A stretch of DNA of 64,000 nt, taken from an uncultured delta proteobacterium (GTDB taxonomy: Bacteria > Desulfobacterota > Binatia > Binatales > Binataceae). Within the stretch, counting starts at the first letter, position 1, and the number at the start of each line of letters is the position of its first letter. The notes beneath the pieces were generated by a model. That model was not told where the DNA came from and searched no databases. It saw only the letters and a list, made by a program, of their open reading frames with translations. Shown one piece after another: positions 29,361-40,629 of the stretch. Position numbers and translations under genes: made by a program. The DNA lies in assembly GCA_963711565.1 (NCBI GenBank), contig CAVQEQ010000002.1:1-64000 (forward strand), in the 5' to 3' direction.

Positions 29361-29479
29361 TTTCGATACGTTAGCACAAGCTATACCCGGTGTACAGGGG
29401 GATAAATCCGAAGTTTAATATGAGGAAGGGGTCTGGCTCATATTAAATGGAGTGTTTATCATGGGACGGACAGTGAGCC

Positions 29480-30679
29480 ATGGTAAACGCAAGTGATCAC
29501 AACAATCGCACGACCAAATTCCCAGCTCGGGCGGGTCGCTATGTAACCCAACCCGCCGGCTACCGGGCTTTCATACCCGCCCCGCTGCCACCCACACCCC
29601 TTGTCCAGCTGGTCGGCGATCTTCAGCGCTCGCTCTCTGAGGCAGACCGTGCTTTGGGCCGCCTGGATGGCTCCGTACTGACCCTGCCGAATCCCGATCT
29701 CTTTGTTTTCATGTACGTCCGGAAGGAAGCGGTACTTTCGAGCCAGATCGAGGGCACCCAAAGTTCATTGCAAGATCTGCTCGCGGCCGAGGCTCACATC
29801 CTCGGTGAGAGCCTTCCCCGCGATGTGGACGAAGTCGTCAACTATGTCCGGGCAATGAATCACGGCCTCGCGCGCTTAGCGGAGCTTCCCGTTTCCGTCC
29901 GCCTGATCCGTGAGATTCATACCGAATTACTGAGGGGCGTTCGCGGGTTGACGCTGACGCCAGGTGAGCTACGGCGTAGTCAGAACTGGATCGGTCCCGG
30001 AGGATGCACATTGGCCGAGGCCACATTCGTACCCCCGCCACCCGCTGAGGTGCCGATCAGTCTGGGCGCGCTCGAAACGTTCCTTCACGACCGGGACGAC
30101 ATCCCGTTGCTGATCAAGATCGGGCTTGCTCACGCCCAATTCGAGACGATTCACCCCTTCCTCGACGGCAATGGCCGTGTGGGCCGCCTACTAATCACTT
30201 TCTTGCTATGCGAGCGGGCCGCGCTACACAAACCCGTGCTGTACCTATCGCACTTCCTCAAGCGCCACCGGCAAGCCTATTACGATCATCTTCAGGCGGT
30301 CCGCGACAATGGTAATTGGGAGGGCTGGCTGAATTTTTTCTTGCGCGGAGTCGCGGAGGTTAGTGTTCAGGCGGCCGAGACGGCGCGCAAGATCCTCGAG
30401 TTGCGCGAAGCACATCGCAGGAACATCACTGACCATCTAGGCCGGGCCGCCGGCAACGGTCATCGGGTACTTGAGCGGCTTTACGAGAGGCCAATCATGA
30501 GCGTCAGCGACGTGCGCAAGCTGCTCGGAACCACCTTTGCGGGCGCCAATCAGATCGTGCAGCGCCTCGTTGATCTCAAAATACTCGCGGAGATCACAGG
30601 GCAGGCTCGCAATCGCCGCTTCCGTTACGACGCCTACGTGCGTCTCTTCGACGAGGAAGCGGACGCACGTAACGCTTGA
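29480..30679 (+). CDS. Fic-family protein (Fic_N + Fic + C-terminal wHTH)
   Basis: EAVLSSQIEGT, HPFLDGNGRVGR. Confidence 0.93.
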   Translation: MVNASDHNNRTTKFPARAGRYVTQPAGYRAFIPAPLPPTPLVQLVGDLQRSLSEADRALGRLDGSVLTLPNPDLFVFMYVRKEAVLSSQIEGTQSSLQDLLAAEAHILGESLPRDVDEVVNYVRAMNHGLARLAELPVSVRLIREIHTELLRGVRGLTLTPGELRRSQNWIGPGGCTLAEATFVPPPPAEVPISLGALETFLHDRDDIPLLIKIGLAHAQFETIHPFLDGNGRVGRLLITFLLCERAALHKPVLYLSHFLKRHRQAYYDHLQAVRDNGNWEGWLNFFLRGVAEVSVQAAETARKILELREAHRRNITDHLGRAAGNGHRVLERLYERPIMSVSDVRKLLGTTFAGANQIVQRLVDLKILAEITGQARNRRFRYDAYVRLFDEEADARNA

Positions 30680-30918
30680 AGGTCTCCTTGCCCGCGAGGA
30701 GTTAGTTGCGAGGATCGTTGGGCAGATGCCGGTCGCAAAATCGCGGATTCCTGATTTCGTTCCTGAAGTGCTGTCCCTATTGTCATGTGTTCGAACTATC
30801 AGGCATCGAAGCATTGCCCGCCGTTCAGTGGCACTTCGACAATCTTCGCGAGATCAACAGGAACAAGAGCGGCACGAGGTCCGCGCAACTGGAGAAGGCT
30901 CTTGCAAGACCCCGCTAA
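30669..30918 (+). pseudogene. Remnant resembling the C-terminus of an AbiEii-type nucleotidyltransferase
   Basis: Two frames give VTLEGLLAREELVARIVGQMP and RGFLISF...LPAVQW; no start or N-terminus. Confidence 0.45.
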
Positions 30919-31007
30919 AAAACCACCTGCGAGAGTGCGAACAAGCGCTCAGGCCGCGTCGATTCTCCGCGCACCGTGCCCTTTGTCTCGTATTCTTTTC
31001 TAACAAA

Positions 31008-31874
31008 CTAAACGCTGGCGAGAGCTCGAATTCCTTGCGACATGCACCTAACGGGTGCGCGTTGACCTAGTGGCTCGCGCTGACTTCGAACGCTCTCCGC
31101 CCAGTCTATCAAGTAATCAGCCATACGACCGAGGTGAGACTCCAACCCCTGGGGAATAGGGTAAGGATCGGACTGGTCAAACGTTCGCAGAGGCGGCAAA
31201 TCTGCTTCGCAAAAGAAGGCTCGGAATGCCTCGCTGTGGAAAGGCTGATCCTTAAGAGTATCGCACCAAAGGTCTTTCTCGTTGACATTTAATTCGAGCT
31301 TCTTGTTGTAATACTCCATGAGGCTTCGAGCGACTCGGCCGTTCCCATCGGGAAGCGGATGGATTAGTAAGAAGGACATGTAGACGAAGGCCAGAAATTC
31401 TTCGGCTTTGCCGGAACGCCTATCTTTTGCGAGTTCATCTGTGGCGCGGTAGAAGTAGGGCAAGACGATTTCGTCAAGATAACCAGGTAGTGAATAGTGC
31501 TCTTCAAACGGATGGATGAAGTTAGCAGGTTTGAAAAGTACGCCGGCAAAACCTAGGTTGTCGGCAGGCAATAAAAGTCGAAGCAGCCTCAGATTTCTTG
31601 CCTCGGCTGCGTCGCGCGGATTCCCGACATCCGCTCCAAGACGGTTCGCTACGGGTAACCGCAAGTAGTGATCGATTCTATGTAGTCGGTGAAATAGAGG
31701 AACCAAAAGAGCCACTGGTAAGAGTGCGACATGCCTAAACAACTGGTCGAACACTCTATGGACGGACGGATGCTGCCTTAGGTTATCTTTTTGAGCTGAT
31801 CGTTTTTTCATAAACGGCCGTTGACGGACAGATAGCCCTACTAACTTCGTTGTCCCATTTCTGAGCTGAAACAT
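31008..31874 (-). CDS. Divergent Fic/Doc-domain protein
   Basis: IHPLPDGNGRVARS; start may be ATG 31811. Confidence 0.75.
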   Translation of the reverse strand: MFQLRNGTTKLVGLSVRQRPFMKKRSAQKDNLRQHPSVHRVFDQLFRHVALLPVALLVPLFHRLHRIDHYLRLPVANRLGADVGNPRDAAEARNLRLLRLLLPADNLGFAGVLFKPANFIHPFEEHYSLPGYLDEIVLPYFYRATDELAKDRRSGKAEEFLAFVYMSFLLIHPLPDGNGRVARSLMEYYNKKLELNVNEKDLWCDTLKDQPFHSEAFRAFFCEADLPPLRTFDQSDPYPIPQGLESHLGRMADYLIDWAESVRSQREPLGQRAPVRCMSQGIRALASV

Positions 31875-31877
31875 TCA

Positions 31878-33353
31878 TCAGTCGCTCGACGGTACATGAA
31901 GCCGCCGCGGTTTGATCCCGACTGGGGCACTGCGGGGAACGACGGCAAGGTCGCGAAGCTTGCTTGCCTCGGAGTTCGCGAACTCGCGCGAGTGCATAAG
32001 TTGCATGCGCTGAAAAGCCTCATGGTCTCCTGCTGAAGGTTGCTTGTGCCACCTACGAACCACGCCTACGATCTCGTCAAGTAGCGCTGCCACCCGAGCG
32101 TCGGTCGCTATTCTTTGGAAAAAATCTCTCGAGCTGCGCGCCTGGTCTTTCAAGTAAGCATGTAGACCGCGCATCAGGAATACGCCGGCGTTGTGATCCT
32201 CAACCTCATCGGCGAACTTAGGCGGCAGCCCTCGGGCATTACCGTTCCCCACCAGCATTCGTGCGGTTCTCGGAAAGTTCAGAGCTGCATATAGGAAGGA
32301 TCGCAACGCATCTTCGTTCTGGCCGAGTTCGAAGAAAGCGAAAGCCGCTGTAAAGCCTGCGTGTGGCTCTTCAAAGAACCCGGCAGCGGATTGGCCGGCC
32401 AGCAACTTCTGCGAAGCGTCAGCGGCCTCTTCCCACCTTAGCGTGTTGAGGTAGACGTTCGCACGGTATCTGGTCGCGGTCCACTCGTCAGCGCACTCGT
32501 CCGCCAGGCGATCGCAGATAACGAGCGCGTCCTCGAAGTTGCCTGCGATGTTCAGCGCGATCGCGAGGTTGCGCAGCCCGCGCATGAAGGGGCGCGTGGA
32601 AAGGTCGCTCCAGTATCGCTTTTTGGTGATGCGTGCGGGGAAGAGCCTGCGACCAAGCTCGACGGTTTTCTTGAAGTGCCGGATGGCCTCATCGACATTC
32701 CACCGCTGCAAGGCTATAAGCCCTAGATAGTTGTAACCTTCAGCGTATCGATCGAAGCAGTCGACGAGGAGCCGAAAGATCGGTTCGGCCTTTTCGTATT
32801 CTCCGCGCTCGTAAAATCCGGCAGCATGTTCCTCGGTATCTGATGGCACCTCGCCACCCCGGAGCGAGAACCTCCAATAAAAGGGATTGTCGGCGTTCCA
32901 CTGGCTCTCCTTCTGATCGCGTGACTTGAGGCGCCAGGTGATCAGATCGGCGAGGTACTCCAGTTCATAGCGGTGTTCCTGAATCAGGTGGGCCGCCGAA
33001 ATGAGGTCCTGCGGATCAGCAAGAATGAGCGAACGTGTGAACGCGCAGAGATCGTTACGGAATCGACTGCGAAGGCGTTCCGACCGATATTCGTAGAGGT
33101 CGGGCAAGGCATCGAGGTTCTGCTCGATGGCGCATCGAATCTCTTTCCAGTCGAACTTGATGTCCGGATACTGACGCTCCAATAGATGGCAAAACCAGTC
33201 GATGCGGCTTTTCTTCCGGCGTCCGAGAACTTCTAACGCCTCAGCTTTAGAGTACAGCGTGAATAAGATCCGTTGCTGGACCTTTCCTGTCCCCGGAGCT
33301 CTCTCTCCGTGAACGATCGCTAGCTGGTTCCCTCTGCGACGAACGTAAGCCAT
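31878..33353 (-). CDS. Tetratricopeptide-repeat protein
   Basis: YAEGYNYLGLIAL...EAIRHFKKTVEL, TRPFMRGLRNLA; start MAYVRRRG. Confidence 0.75.
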   Translation of the reverse strand: MAYVRRRGNQLAIVHGERAPGTGKVQQRILFTLYSKAEALEVLGRRKKSRIDWFCHLLERQYPDIKFDWKEIRCAIEQNLDALPDLYEYRSERLRSRFRNDLCAFTRSLILADPQDLISAAHLIQEHRYELEYLADLITWRLKSRDQKESQWNADNPFYWRFSLRGGEVPSDTEEHAAGFYERGEYEKAEPIFRLLVDCFDRYAEGYNYLGLIALQRWNVDEAIRHFKKTVELGRRLFPARITKKRYWSDLSTRPFMRGLRNLAIALNIAGNFEDALVICDRLADECADEWTATRYRANVYLNTLRWEEAADASQKLLAGQSAAGFFEEPHAGFTAAFAFFELGQNEDALRSFLYAALNFPRTARMLVGNGNARGLPPKFADEVEDHNAGVFLMRGLHAYLKDQARSSRDFFQRIATDARVAALLDEIVGVVRRWHKQPSAGDHEAFQRMQLMHSREFANSEASKLRDLAVVPRSAPVGIKPRRLHVPSSD

Positions 33354-33460
33354 TCTGTTGTGTTCAGCATGTATCACAACACAACAGTCCTGCACAACCC
33401 GATCCCAGGCGCAGATTTGAACCTCAAAAACCGTTACTTCCTGTGCACGCCACCTCCCCC

Positions 33461-33490
33461 TTGACAGTAACTACGGAACTTCCGTAGTCT
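33461..33490 (+). promoter_or_regulatory. Sigma70-type promoter with palindromic operator for the brnT operon
   Basis: TTGACA 33461-33466, TAGTCT 33485-33490, ACTACGGAA-C-TTCCGTAGT 33470-33488. Confidence 0.7.
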
Positions 33491-33495
33491 ATTTG

Positions 33496-33780
33496 GTGTG
33501 CCCAGAATTCGAATGGGACGACAGCAAGGCCGCGAAAAATCTGCTGAAGCATGGAATCACGTTTGCTTTAGCGATTTCTGCGTTCCGCGACACCTTTGCG
33601 GTCGAGTATCCCGACGACCGGATGGACTATGGTGAAGACCGATTCATCCATATCGGTATGGCGGCAGGGCATTTATTGACAGTTGCTTTCACCGAACGGG
33701 CTGACAGCACCCGAATCATCTCCGCCCGTAGATCGACGAAGTATGAAGAAGAAATTTACCACAGCCAAAATCCGCGCTGA
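33496..33780 (+). CDS. brnT: BrnT-family ribonuclease toxin
   Basis: FEWDDSKAAKNLLKHGITF, DYGEDR, RIISARR. Confidence 0.92.
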   Translation: MCPEFEWDDSKAAKNLLKHGITFALAISAFRDTFAVEYPDDRMDYGEDRFIHIGMAAGHLLTVAFTERADSTRIISARRSTKYEEEIYHSQNPR

Positions 33781-36700
33781 CGGCACTGTTGTACGCGTTA
33801 GCCCGGATGGTCGGGAGGAGCCGCTCTCCATGACGGCCATTCCGCCCAAGACGGAAGCCGAGATTGAAGCGGCTGCTGCGGATGATATCGAGAATCCGCC
33901 GCTTTCGCCGGAACAGCTAAAACGTCTCCGACCCGTGCCTCGCGTTAAGACGCTACGCCGTGCCTTGGGATTGACGCAGGAAGAGTTTGCAAGTCGGTAC
34001 GGCATACCCATCGGAACGCTTCGGGATTGGGAACAAGGCCGAACCGAACCTGATCAGGCGGCCCGTGCATACCTCAATCTCATCGCCCGTGACCCGCTAA
34101 CGGCTGCTCGGTCCGCACGGGAGCCGGACTCGGACGGCGCGAGTACAGAACTCCCCACCTTTCAAGTTGGGCAACGCGTGCACTTGAAGGCGTCCTCATC
34201 GCTGCAAGGCGCAGTCATCGAAGTTCGCTCGCGCGCAAGTGGAGGTTTCTACTACAAGGTATTTCATTCCGCGGATCTTGTCCGCGAATACGACGAGGAA
34301 CAGCTTGCGGCAAGTGAGAAGGAGCGCTCTCTAGAGGACGCACTTGTTAGCGGGGAGTTTCTCGACAGCGGTACGTTTCGCGCAAGACTTACGGCCTCGC
34401 GAATCATCCCGCCCAACCTCGACAACATCTATGCGCTGTACGCCGCTCGTATCCAGCACGTTCCATTTCAGTTCAAACCATTGCTACGACTACTGCGTGC
34501 AGACCGTCCTCGCCTATTGGTCGCCGATGAAGTGGGAGTCGGCAAGACTATCGAAGCTGGTTTGATTCTCAAAGAACTAGAGGCACGCCAACGTATCGAA
34601 CGAGTTTTGATCGTGTGTCCGAAGGATCTGACGCAGAAGTGGCGCGCCGAGATGCGCCGGTTCGATGAGAATTTTCAGATCCTTGGCGCGGACCAATTGC
34701 GCTACTGTGTGCGGGAAACGGACTTGGATGGCGTGTGGCCGCAGAATTACTCGCGTTCGATTGTAAATATCGAGTTGCTCCGACTAGGGGAGTACTTGTG
34801 GGGAACGCAGAACGGTCATGTCGAACCAGGGCTCGCGACGCTCCAGCCCTCGCCACGGTTCGATCTCCTGATCGTGGACGAGGCCCATCACCTTCGCAAT
34901 CCGGACACGAACAGCTTTGAGCTTGGGCAGTTCATTTGCGACGTTAGCGAAGCGGTAGTCTTCCTCTCCGCGACTCCGCTACATACTGGGTCTCACAATC
35001 TTTACGCTCTTCTGTCTCTCTTGCGTCCCGAGCTTTTCCCTACAAAAGAGGTTTTCGAGGAAATGCTCGAGCCCAACCCGTATCTACTCCAGGCGATGCG
35101 GCATGTGCGAGCACGTACTCCCAAAGACACCTGGGCATCGGTCGCTGCTGAATCCTTGGACCAAGCGGCGGACACCTCTTGGGGGCGTCGGGTTCTGACC
35201 GGAGAACCTCGCTTTGAAGCTTGGCGCGATAGGCTTTCTGAAAGCAGAACCTTGAGTGACGACGAACGGATCCGCTGCTTAAGAGATTTGGAAGACCTTC
35301 ACACATTGTCTCACGTCGTTAACCGCACGCGGCGACGTGACATCGGCAGGTTTACAATTCGTGAGCCAGCTACAATTGCCGTACCGCATACACCTGAGCA
35401 GGCAAGCTTTTATGCAGAACTCATAGCTTTCCGGCGAGCTGTCCTGAGTTTGCACCTGGACCCTCGAACTGTGGCTCTAGTGGCGACTACGTTGGAGCGT
35501 CAAGCTGCAAGTTGTCTTCCAGCCTTGATTCCTCTGCTCAACGTCTTTCTGCGAACGGGCAGGTTCGCTGGGTCAGCTCTAAGCGATGACGTGGAAGCAT
35601 CCTACGACGAGGTCGCCCTGCCCTCGGACCTCGTAGACAAGGCACATCAATTGCGGCATTTGGCCGCGGGCCTACCGCCTGAGGACCCAAAGCTCGACCA
35701 ACTTGTCTCGATCGTACGAACTGCTATCGAGACCCCAGGCCCAGGAAAGGTTCTAGTCTTCTCGTATTTCCTACACACCTTGAACTATCTGAGGGCGGAG
35801 CTTCAGAAACGTGGAATTCGGGTGGGCTTGGTGACGGGCCAGGTGCCGGACGAGTTGCCGCTACGTTCCGGAGGGGAACAAGTGCTGACAAGGGAGCAAC
35901 TCCGTGGGCGCTTTCGTCTCGCTCGAGAGCATAAGGACGCCCTTGACGTGTTGCTCTCCTCCGAAGTGGGATGCGAAGGACTCGACTATGAGTTTTGTGA
36001 TCGGCTTGTAAATTACGACATTCCTTGGAACCCGATGCGTATCGAGCAACGAATCGGACGCATCGACCGGTTTGGTCAACAAAGCGAGAAGGTCCACATC
36101 TTCAATTTCATCACGCCTGGGACGATAGAGGAGCGGGTCTTCTTTCGGTGCTTCGAACGGCTGGGAATATTCAAGGACACGATTGGCGATCTAGAAGAAG
36201 TACTCGGGGATGTTCTTCAGGACCTTACGAAGATGGCGCTCAATCCGGGTCTGACGCCCGAGCAGGCTGAGGAGAAGGCACGCCAGCTAGCGGACAATGC
36301 CATAAGGCAGGTCGAAGAACAGCGCCGCCTCGAAGATGAAGGCGCGAGCCTGTTCGGATTGGACCCGGGGGCGTGGGAAATCGGAGACATTGAGAGTCAA
36401 GGGCGTTTTGTCGCGCCCGACGAACTCTTTCAGCTCGTGGAAAAGTTCGTCTCGCGATCTGAGCTGCAAGGTAGGCTCACCCGCGACGAGAGTACGCCCG
36501 GACTTGTAAATCTACGTTTGAACAAAGAAGGTCGCGCTGAGGTGATTCAGAGAGTCCGTTCCATCTCCGATGGCACTCGTGCGGGCGATCGCTCTACGCT
36601 TGCCTTTCTTAGGTGGCTGGAAGGCAACGAACCTTACTTGTCCATGACATTCGATCAAAGGACGGCATTGGAGCGGCGAGATCTTCCCTTCGTCACTCCT

Positions 36701-37297
36701 CTTCATGTACTCGCCAAGCTAGCAGCCCTTGACCACATGACGGGTGGACCTTTTGTGTCGCGGCTAAAAATTCGCGAAGAGTCGGTACCTTCCGGTCGTT
36801 TCCTCTTCGTATGCGAGCTCTGGGAAGCTATCGGTGCCCAGCGAGATACAAGATTGCGTGGCTTCGCTTGGGATTTGGAGCGCGGAACTTTAGCGTCCGA
36901 CGTGTCTGCCAACCTCATAAAGCTCTTGAGCCGAACTGCTGATTCATCATCACCACCCGATCCGATCGTCGCCATACATGAGGGACTCGCAGCCGTGGAC
37001 GAAGCCTCACGTGGCAGCCGGCTGGCAGAAATTGAGGATCTAAGGCAGCGGAACGAAGCAGTGATTGCCAGAAAACTCGCCAGTCTCGATGCATACCATC
37101 AGAACCGCCTTGCGAGAGTGGATGCTGAACTTCAGCAAGCGACAGACGAGCGAATCATTCGGATGAAGACTGCAGAACGCGCTCGGATCGAAAGCGACCA
37201 CGAGGAGAAGCGGCGCGAAATTGAAGCGGCCCGCAACGCCGACATCGCCAGTAAGCGAATCGCCGCCGGCGTGCTGGAAATCAACCATGGCAACTAA
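33743..37297 (+). CDS. Fusion: XRE-HTH antitoxin (HigA-like) + SNF2/RapA-type helicase
   Basis: LGLTQEEFASRYGIPIGTLRDWEQGR, then ADEVGVGKT, DEAHH, SATP, EGLD, NYDIPWNPMRIEQRIGRIDR in one frame. Confidence 0.88.
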   Translation: MKKKFTTAKIRADGTVVRVSPDGREEPLSMTAIPPKTEAEIEAAAADDIENPPLSPEQLKRLRPVPRVKTLRRALGLTQEEFASRYGIPIGTLRDWEQGRTEPDQAARAYLNLIARDPLTAARSAREPDSDGASTELPTFQVGQRVHLKASSSLQGAVIEVRSRASGGFYYKVFHSADLVREYDEEQLAASEKERSLEDALVSGEFLDSGTFRARLTASRIIPPNLDNIYALYAARIQHVPFQFKPLLRLLRADRPRLLVADEVGVGKTIEAGLILKELEARQRIERVLIVCPKDLTQKWRAEMRRFDENFQILGADQLRYCVRETDLDGVWPQNYSRSIVNIELLRLGEYLWGTQNGHVEPGLATLQPSPRFDLLIVDEAHHLRNPDTNSFELGQFICDVSEAVVFLSATPLHTGSHNLYALLSLLRPELFPTKEVFEEMLEPNPYLLQAMRHVRARTPKDTWASVAAESLDQAADTSWGRRVLTGEPRFEAWRDRLSESRTLSDDERIRCLRDLEDLHTLSHVVNRTRRRDIGRFTIREPATIAVPHTPEQASFYAELIAFRRAVLSLHLDPRTVALVATTLERQAASCLPALIPLLNVFLRTGRFAGSALSDDVEASYDEVALPSDLVDKAHQLRHLAAGLPPEDPKLDQLVSIVRTAIETPGPGKVLVFSYFLHTLNYLRAELQKRGIRVGLVTGQVPDELPLRSGGEQVLTREQLRGRFRLAREHKDALDVLLSSEVGCEGLDYEFCDRLVNYDIPWNPMRIEQRIGRIDRFGQQSEKVHIFNFITPGTIEERVFFRCFERLGIFKDTIGDLEEVLGDVLQDLTKMALNPGLTPEQAEEKARQLADNAIRQVEEQRRLEDEGASLFGLDPGAWEIGDIESQGRFVAPDELFQLVEKFVSRSELQGRLTRDESTPGLVNLRLNKEGRAEVIQRVRSISDGTRAGDRSTLAFLRWLEGNEPYLSMTFDQRTALERRDLPFVTPLHVLAKLAALDHMTGGPFVSRLKIREESVPSGRFLFVCELWEAIGAQRDTRLRGFAWDLERGTLASDVSANLIKLLSRTADSSSPPDPIVAIHEGLAAVDEASRGSRLAEIEDLRQRNEAVIARKLASLDAYHQNRLARVDAELQQATDERIIRMKTAERARIESDHEEKRREIEAARNADIASKRIAAGVLEINHGN

Positions 37298-40200
37298 TTA
37301 CGACAAGATTAGAGAGGAAAACATTCGGGGATACGGCGAATTTACTCACCATCTTGAGCTTCTCGGGCGACTGTATGCAGACCCCACTCACTTCATTTTC
37401 GAGCTTCTCCAAAACGCAGAGGACGCGGGGGCAAAAAAGGTTAAATTCTCTCTTTATCCGGACCGCTTGGAGTTCCTAAACGATGGCAGATCCTTTACGG
37501 AGGCAGATGTTCACGGAATCTGCGCTATCGGCAAGGGCACCAAAGCTCAAGACCTCACGCAAATCGGAAAGTTCGGGATTGGCTTTAAGTCGGTCTATGC
37601 GCACACCTCTAATCCGCAAATCTACTCAGGCTCGGAGCAGTTTCGTATCGAACACTACGTCCGACCCTATGCAGAGGACCGTCGCTCAGTGCCATCTCCC
37701 TGGTCGACACTCTTCGTTCTTCCATTTCATCAAGCATCGGTTTCTTATGCACAGATAGCAGCAAAGCTAGAACGCCTGGACACGACACCGCTCCTGTTTC
37801 TCAAGAGCCTTCGAGAAATCGAATGGTCGCTCGAAGGCGGACAATCCGGCCTGTTTATCCGCGAGGCCGAAGCTTGTGGTACCGGGCAATTAACCCGCAT
37901 CGTGGCCCAGAGGGGTAAAAAAGAGACAGACGAGGAATGGCTTCTTTTCGCGCGGCAATTGCCCCTAGACGCCTACCCACACGACAGCCTGCTTCCCGAG
38001 CACAAGAAGCTCCGGGTCGAGATCGGGTTTCTTGTCCGACGAAGCTCACCCGATTCCAAAATCACAATCACGCGTATTCCGTCATCGCCGCTGGTCGTGT
38101 TCTTTCCAACTGAGAAGCCCACAAATCTCGGTTTTCTCATTCAAGGTCCGTTTCGTACCACACCGACGCGAGAGAACGTTCCGCCGAATGATCCTTGGAA
38201 TGGAAAACTAGTCCAGGAAACAGCCGAACTTGCGGTGGACGCTCTGAATCGGTTACGCGATGTCGGTTTGCTATCGGTCAGTGCGCTGGAGGCACTTCCG
38301 ATTCACGCCGAAGCCTTCCCCGAAGGAAGCATGTTTCGTCCTATTTTTGACCGGGTCCGCGCGGCGCTCAAAGACGAGCGCCTATTGCCCAGCAACGACG
38401 AAACTTTCACTCCTGCCAAAGATGCCAAATTAGCGAGGGGCGGTGACCTGCGAGAGCTGCTGCCTGACGAGCAACTCCAAGACCTGTATGGTGGCGAACG
38501 CAAATGGAAATGGCTCTCCCATCAGATAACGAAAGATAGAACACCCGGTCTCTGCCAATACCTGACCGAAGAGCTAGCCATCGAAGAGATCGAACCTGAG
38601 ACGTTCGCGCGCAAACTAAACAAACCGTTTCTCGAGCGTCAGTCGGATGAGTGGATAGTTCGGTTCTACAGTTTTCTAAACGAGCATAAGGCTCTGTGGC
38701 GGTCATCCCCCTACGGTGGCGGACCGCTTCGAAATGAAGCGATCATACGACTTGATGACGACTCTCACGTCACACCCTTCCGTGACGGCAACACGCCGAA
38801 GGTGTACCTGCCGACGGCTGAAGGCAGCGACTTACCGACGGTCAAGGGAACGATCACGCAGAATCAAGACGCGGTGAACTTCTTACAAGCACTCGGCCTG
38901 AGAGAACCTGATCTTGTTGCTGAAGTTATCGAGCGAATTCTTCCAAAGTATGCCGAGGGGAAAACCATACCCGCCGATGAACACGCGCGTGACCTCAGGC
39001 GTGTCGTCGCCGCACTAAAGGCCGTTACGCGTGACCGTGCCGCCGCTCTTGTTGAAGCTGTTTTTGAATTTCCGTTCCTACACGCAAGGAACGCCGCTAC
39101 CGCCAGCATAGCGTTTAAGAAGCTCGGCGACACCGAATTCGAGACCGAGACGACAAGGCTCTTGTTCGAAGGCAATCCAGACATTTGGTTCGTCGATGAC
39201 GATTTTTCGAACGATGCGTTTGCCCACGTTGAAGCCTGGGGCATTGTCTCCACTCGAATTAGTCCTTGTGCAATCGGCGCGCAGGGAGATGTTTCGCTGC
39301 AGAACACATGGGGATCGCACAAGCGAGGATTGGGTGGGTTTGATGGTCGATGCGACATCACCGGGCTGGCTCATGCCCTGAAGACCATCACCACCGCAAA
39401 AGCGCGCTGCCTCTGGAACGAAATTCTCCCTGGACACAGTCGCCACATCCGTGGCGTCGTCGAGTCGTCCTCGCGGCAGGACTATCGCGATTCCGAGAAG
39501 ACGATCGAACTGTTGACTACCGGGCGATTCATCACGAAGTCTTCTTGGCTGCCCGGCCCTGACGGTAAGTTTTTTCAAGCTAGCGCTCTTACCTTGGATG
39601 AGTTGCCGGAGGACTTTATCCGGAACTCTGACCTGGCCAGATTTCTCGGCATGAAGCCGACCATACCTTCCAACCTCGACAAGGAGAGTCTGTTCCGAGC
39701 TGCAGGCTTGATGCCCGAGGCCGCCCGTTTCGCGAAAGAGAACACCGACCTGATCGAACGCCTCGCAAAACGCCCCGACCTGCTCGAACAGATCCGCGAA
39801 AAACTTGAAGAGAGCAGGGACAACCTTCAGCACGAAGCGAAGCCTCTGGACTATCGCGCCGAAATCGCCGAAACCTTTTCTCGCGAGGCTCGAAGAAGGA
39901 GCCGACGACACAGATGGTTCGGCTACAACTGGCCCGGTACCAAATCCCGAACGGCGGCGGCAGAAACTACAAGAAGAGATTCAAGCGGCGAAAGGACGAG
40001 AACCGAGGCTGGTCGAACGCTTCACAAGGGTACCGAGAAAAGTTTGGGAGTTGAAAAACGGCGCAGTTCGAGCGTTTCTAGAGGAGCAATACCACGGGCG
40101 CTGTCAAATCTGCGATTTCACGTTCCCCGAGCGTAGCGGGCGCCGATACTTCGAGGGAGTTTACCTAGTGTCGCGTACGCGAGCGCGCTGGATCGACCGC

Positions 40201-40470
40201 GCAGGCAACGTTCTTTGCCTCTGCGCAAATTGCTCCGCGAAGTTCGTCCATGGGGAGGTTCTTGCCGATGACCTCCTGGATCAGATTGACGGCTTTCGAC
40301 CGTCTAAAGAAGGTGGCCCGATCAGCCCGATGCTTCATATCGTCCTGTGTGGAGAATCCACAGATATCCGCTTCACCGAGCGTCACCTTTTGGACCTTCA
40401 GCAACTTGTAAAAGCAAACGGCAATCCAGCAGATCCTGAATTGATTGAGCCGGGGGAACGGCCATCCTGA
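37287..40470 (+). pseudogene. Sacsin/NOV-like GHKL ATPase with C-terminal HNH-like domain; +1 frameshift near 39876-39890
   Basis: ELLQNAEDA, NDG, GKFGIGFKSVY, IQGPFRTTPTRE; second frame gives YHGRCQIC...GNVLCLCANC. Confidence 0.8.
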
Positions 40471-40629
40471 GAATGGCACCAACTACCACGAGATCGCAGC
40501 GAGCCTTTGAGATCCTGGTCGAGGAAAAATCGAACGGTTGTCGAACAGCTCAACGAGTTACCTAGGAGCCGAAGCCTTTGAAAGAGGCGACCACTGCGTA
40601 GCTGATACTGACTAGGCACCTTTCGGGAA

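Noticed and set aside
30785-31003. SRAP/YedK-like gene suggested by MCSNY start
   Set aside because: No further SRAP motifs; an overlapping frame matches an AbiEii-like remnant better.
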